64,000 bases of DNA. Source: Gnetum montanum (Eukaryota > Plantae > Gnetophyta). How positions within the stretch are numbered: position 1 is the stretch's first letter; each line of letters begins with the position of its first letter. Below are positions 62,371 to 64,000 of this stretch, one piece after another. The notes under the pieces were generated by a model that saw nothing but the letters and a program-made list of their open reading frames with translations, made no database searches and was not told where the DNA came from. The stretch is taken from positions 94,667 through 158,666 of the forward strand of contig MNCI01000808.1 of the NCBI GenBank assembly GCA_015680685.1, read 5' to 3'. The translations under genes and the position numbers were made by a program.

Positions 62371-62867
62371 AGCAATGATTTAAAAAGTTTGGAAAATAAT
62401 TTTGTCGGCTACTTGAAAAAGTCAAAAAACTAAAAAAATGGGCAAAAGTTTTGGAAAAAGTTGGAAAAAATCAACAATATGCAAAAAAAAAAATAATTAA
62501 AAAAAATCAAAATCATTTTTGATAACAAATTATAGGCAATGCAAAATAACAGCAGAAAACACAATTAAGTGGACATAAAAATAATAATTGCTACATAAGT
62601 ATATGATCATGACATAATGCATACAAGTTTCTTCATCCTTCCACTACCAACATATGTTTAATCTGTTATTGACATAAAAATTATAGTATTCTTTTTCAGC
62701 ATAGCCTTTGTAATTCTTCACTAATTTTTTTAATATAAGAAACTACAATGCTTTTTTATTGAAACATTTCATTATTTTCTAATAATTGATATTATTAGCC
62801 ATGTACATGCACACACTCTCAATTTTATTAAGTTAAAGTAGTGGTATTAATAAAGCAATAAACTGGA

Positions 62868-63960
62868 AAGTTTAGCAATGTTTGGAAGTTGTAGGGTGTG
62901 CACTTTGCCTTCATGCAGTGTCTCTAACTAGGAAGATCCATCAATCTTCCAAAGTTCTTTCTTGTTGTGCTTCAGCAGTGGTAGCAAGGAAGGCATTCAG
63001 GTTTGATTTTGACCCTTTGGAGGGCTGCTTGACCACCAATGGCTTTGCCATCCTTGGACTAGTGTGTTGAATGCTCTTTTACTAGGGTTTACACTAGATG
63101 TTGGGGGGCACGTGAGACAATGACCTTGTTTGGCAAGGGGAACATTTTCCCTGAGGGTGTTTCTGCAACTTTCCCTTTGTAGGGAACAATTTTGGTTGGG
63201 GAAGGGCTTGAGCAACATGAGGAAGAGTAGGAACTTTGGTGGTAGAGGCAATTGTTGGAGAGAGAGGCTACCATGAGAAAGGGATTGAAGGATATGTTCT
63301 TGGTGGACCTTTGCAGGGTTGCATATGAGATTGAACAATGCACAAGGGACGAGGAGTAGCTGAAGAGAGTGAGGGAAGAATAGGCTTGTAGACAAGAGGA
63401 GGAATAATAACAAAAATGAAAGGAGAAAGCTTAGTCGTAATGGGTGATGTAAGAGGTCATTCAGCAAAGCATCCTTGAGGAGCACTTGTCTGATGAAATC
63501 AAGGAATAGTTGTGGAGGGAGACAAAGGAGTAGGAAGTAAAGGAGAAGGAGGAGACCCTTAGGCATGTGAAGGAGTTTTTGGAGGAGGCTATGAGGAACT
63601 GCCAAAATAAAATGATGGCATCCAATGCCAAACTATTGTTTAGGGAGGGTAATTGCCTATACACTATTATGGGTATAAAAAAGACATACTTTGGGATAAT
63701 CTCAAAAAGTACATCATGTAGACCTCTTGCACACTTCATTCTGATAAGGTATTCCACATGGCAAAATATGTTTAGGATTAGCATGAGGAGAAATACAAGA
63801 ATTTCCAACAAGCTGCAGGGTTCATGTCTTCAGAGGAGAATTAGGAAATTGTGCATATGGTGCATAGACAGGAAATGCCTTGTTACACCTGCAAGAACCT
63901 ACTGTTCACAGTATGAGTTGTTGTTTTTGAAAGGGTATGGCTGTCAGATTTTGTGTGTTT
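62868..63960 (+). pseudogene. LINE D 3' module: conserved core, coiled coil and J-domain
   Basis: HFAFMQCL*LGRSINLPKFFLVVLQQW*QGRHSGLILTLW ... CLYTIMGIK/DILWDNLKKYIM*TSCTLHSDKV...HEEKYKNFQQAAGFMSSEEN*EIVH; HSD at 63737-63745. Confidence 0.78.
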
Positions 63961-64000
63961 CTAGTTACAGGTTTTGAAGGAGATGTAAGTCATCTGCTCT

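Noticed and set aside
62997-63605. 202-aa Leu-rich - strand ORF resembling a membrane protein
   Set aside because: Antisense of the GAG/AAG-rich coiled-coil region of the LINE D module.

Overview
Repeat-rich land-plant nuclear DNA with one assembly gap (1069-2030). One host gene is recognisable: a + strand DHHC protein S-acyltransferase (PAT17/Swf1-like). Six coding exons can be spliced by hand (13811-43920). Intron 2 is 26.6 kb, and the 3' exons were not found, so they probably lie beyond the window. Most of the rest is nested, deamination-decayed transposons: Athila-like Ty3/gypsy elements with a decayed tRNA-Asp-type PBS, at least four L1-clade LINE copies, several solo LTRs with target-site duplications (TSDs), and tRNA-derived SINEs. 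The standout observation is an extra coding module downstream of the ORF2 RT region in three independent LINE copies. It is about 460 codons long and directly in frame after zf-RVT in the best-preserved copy. It consists of an Athila-'env'-like domain, a coiled coil and a C-terminal DnaJ-type J-domain. The three copies read HSN, HPN and HSD at the J motif, which reconstructs to an ancestral HPD. A LINE family encoding its own Hsp70 co-chaperone domain is not something I recognise as described. All translations and alignments were done by eye; no database searches were run.
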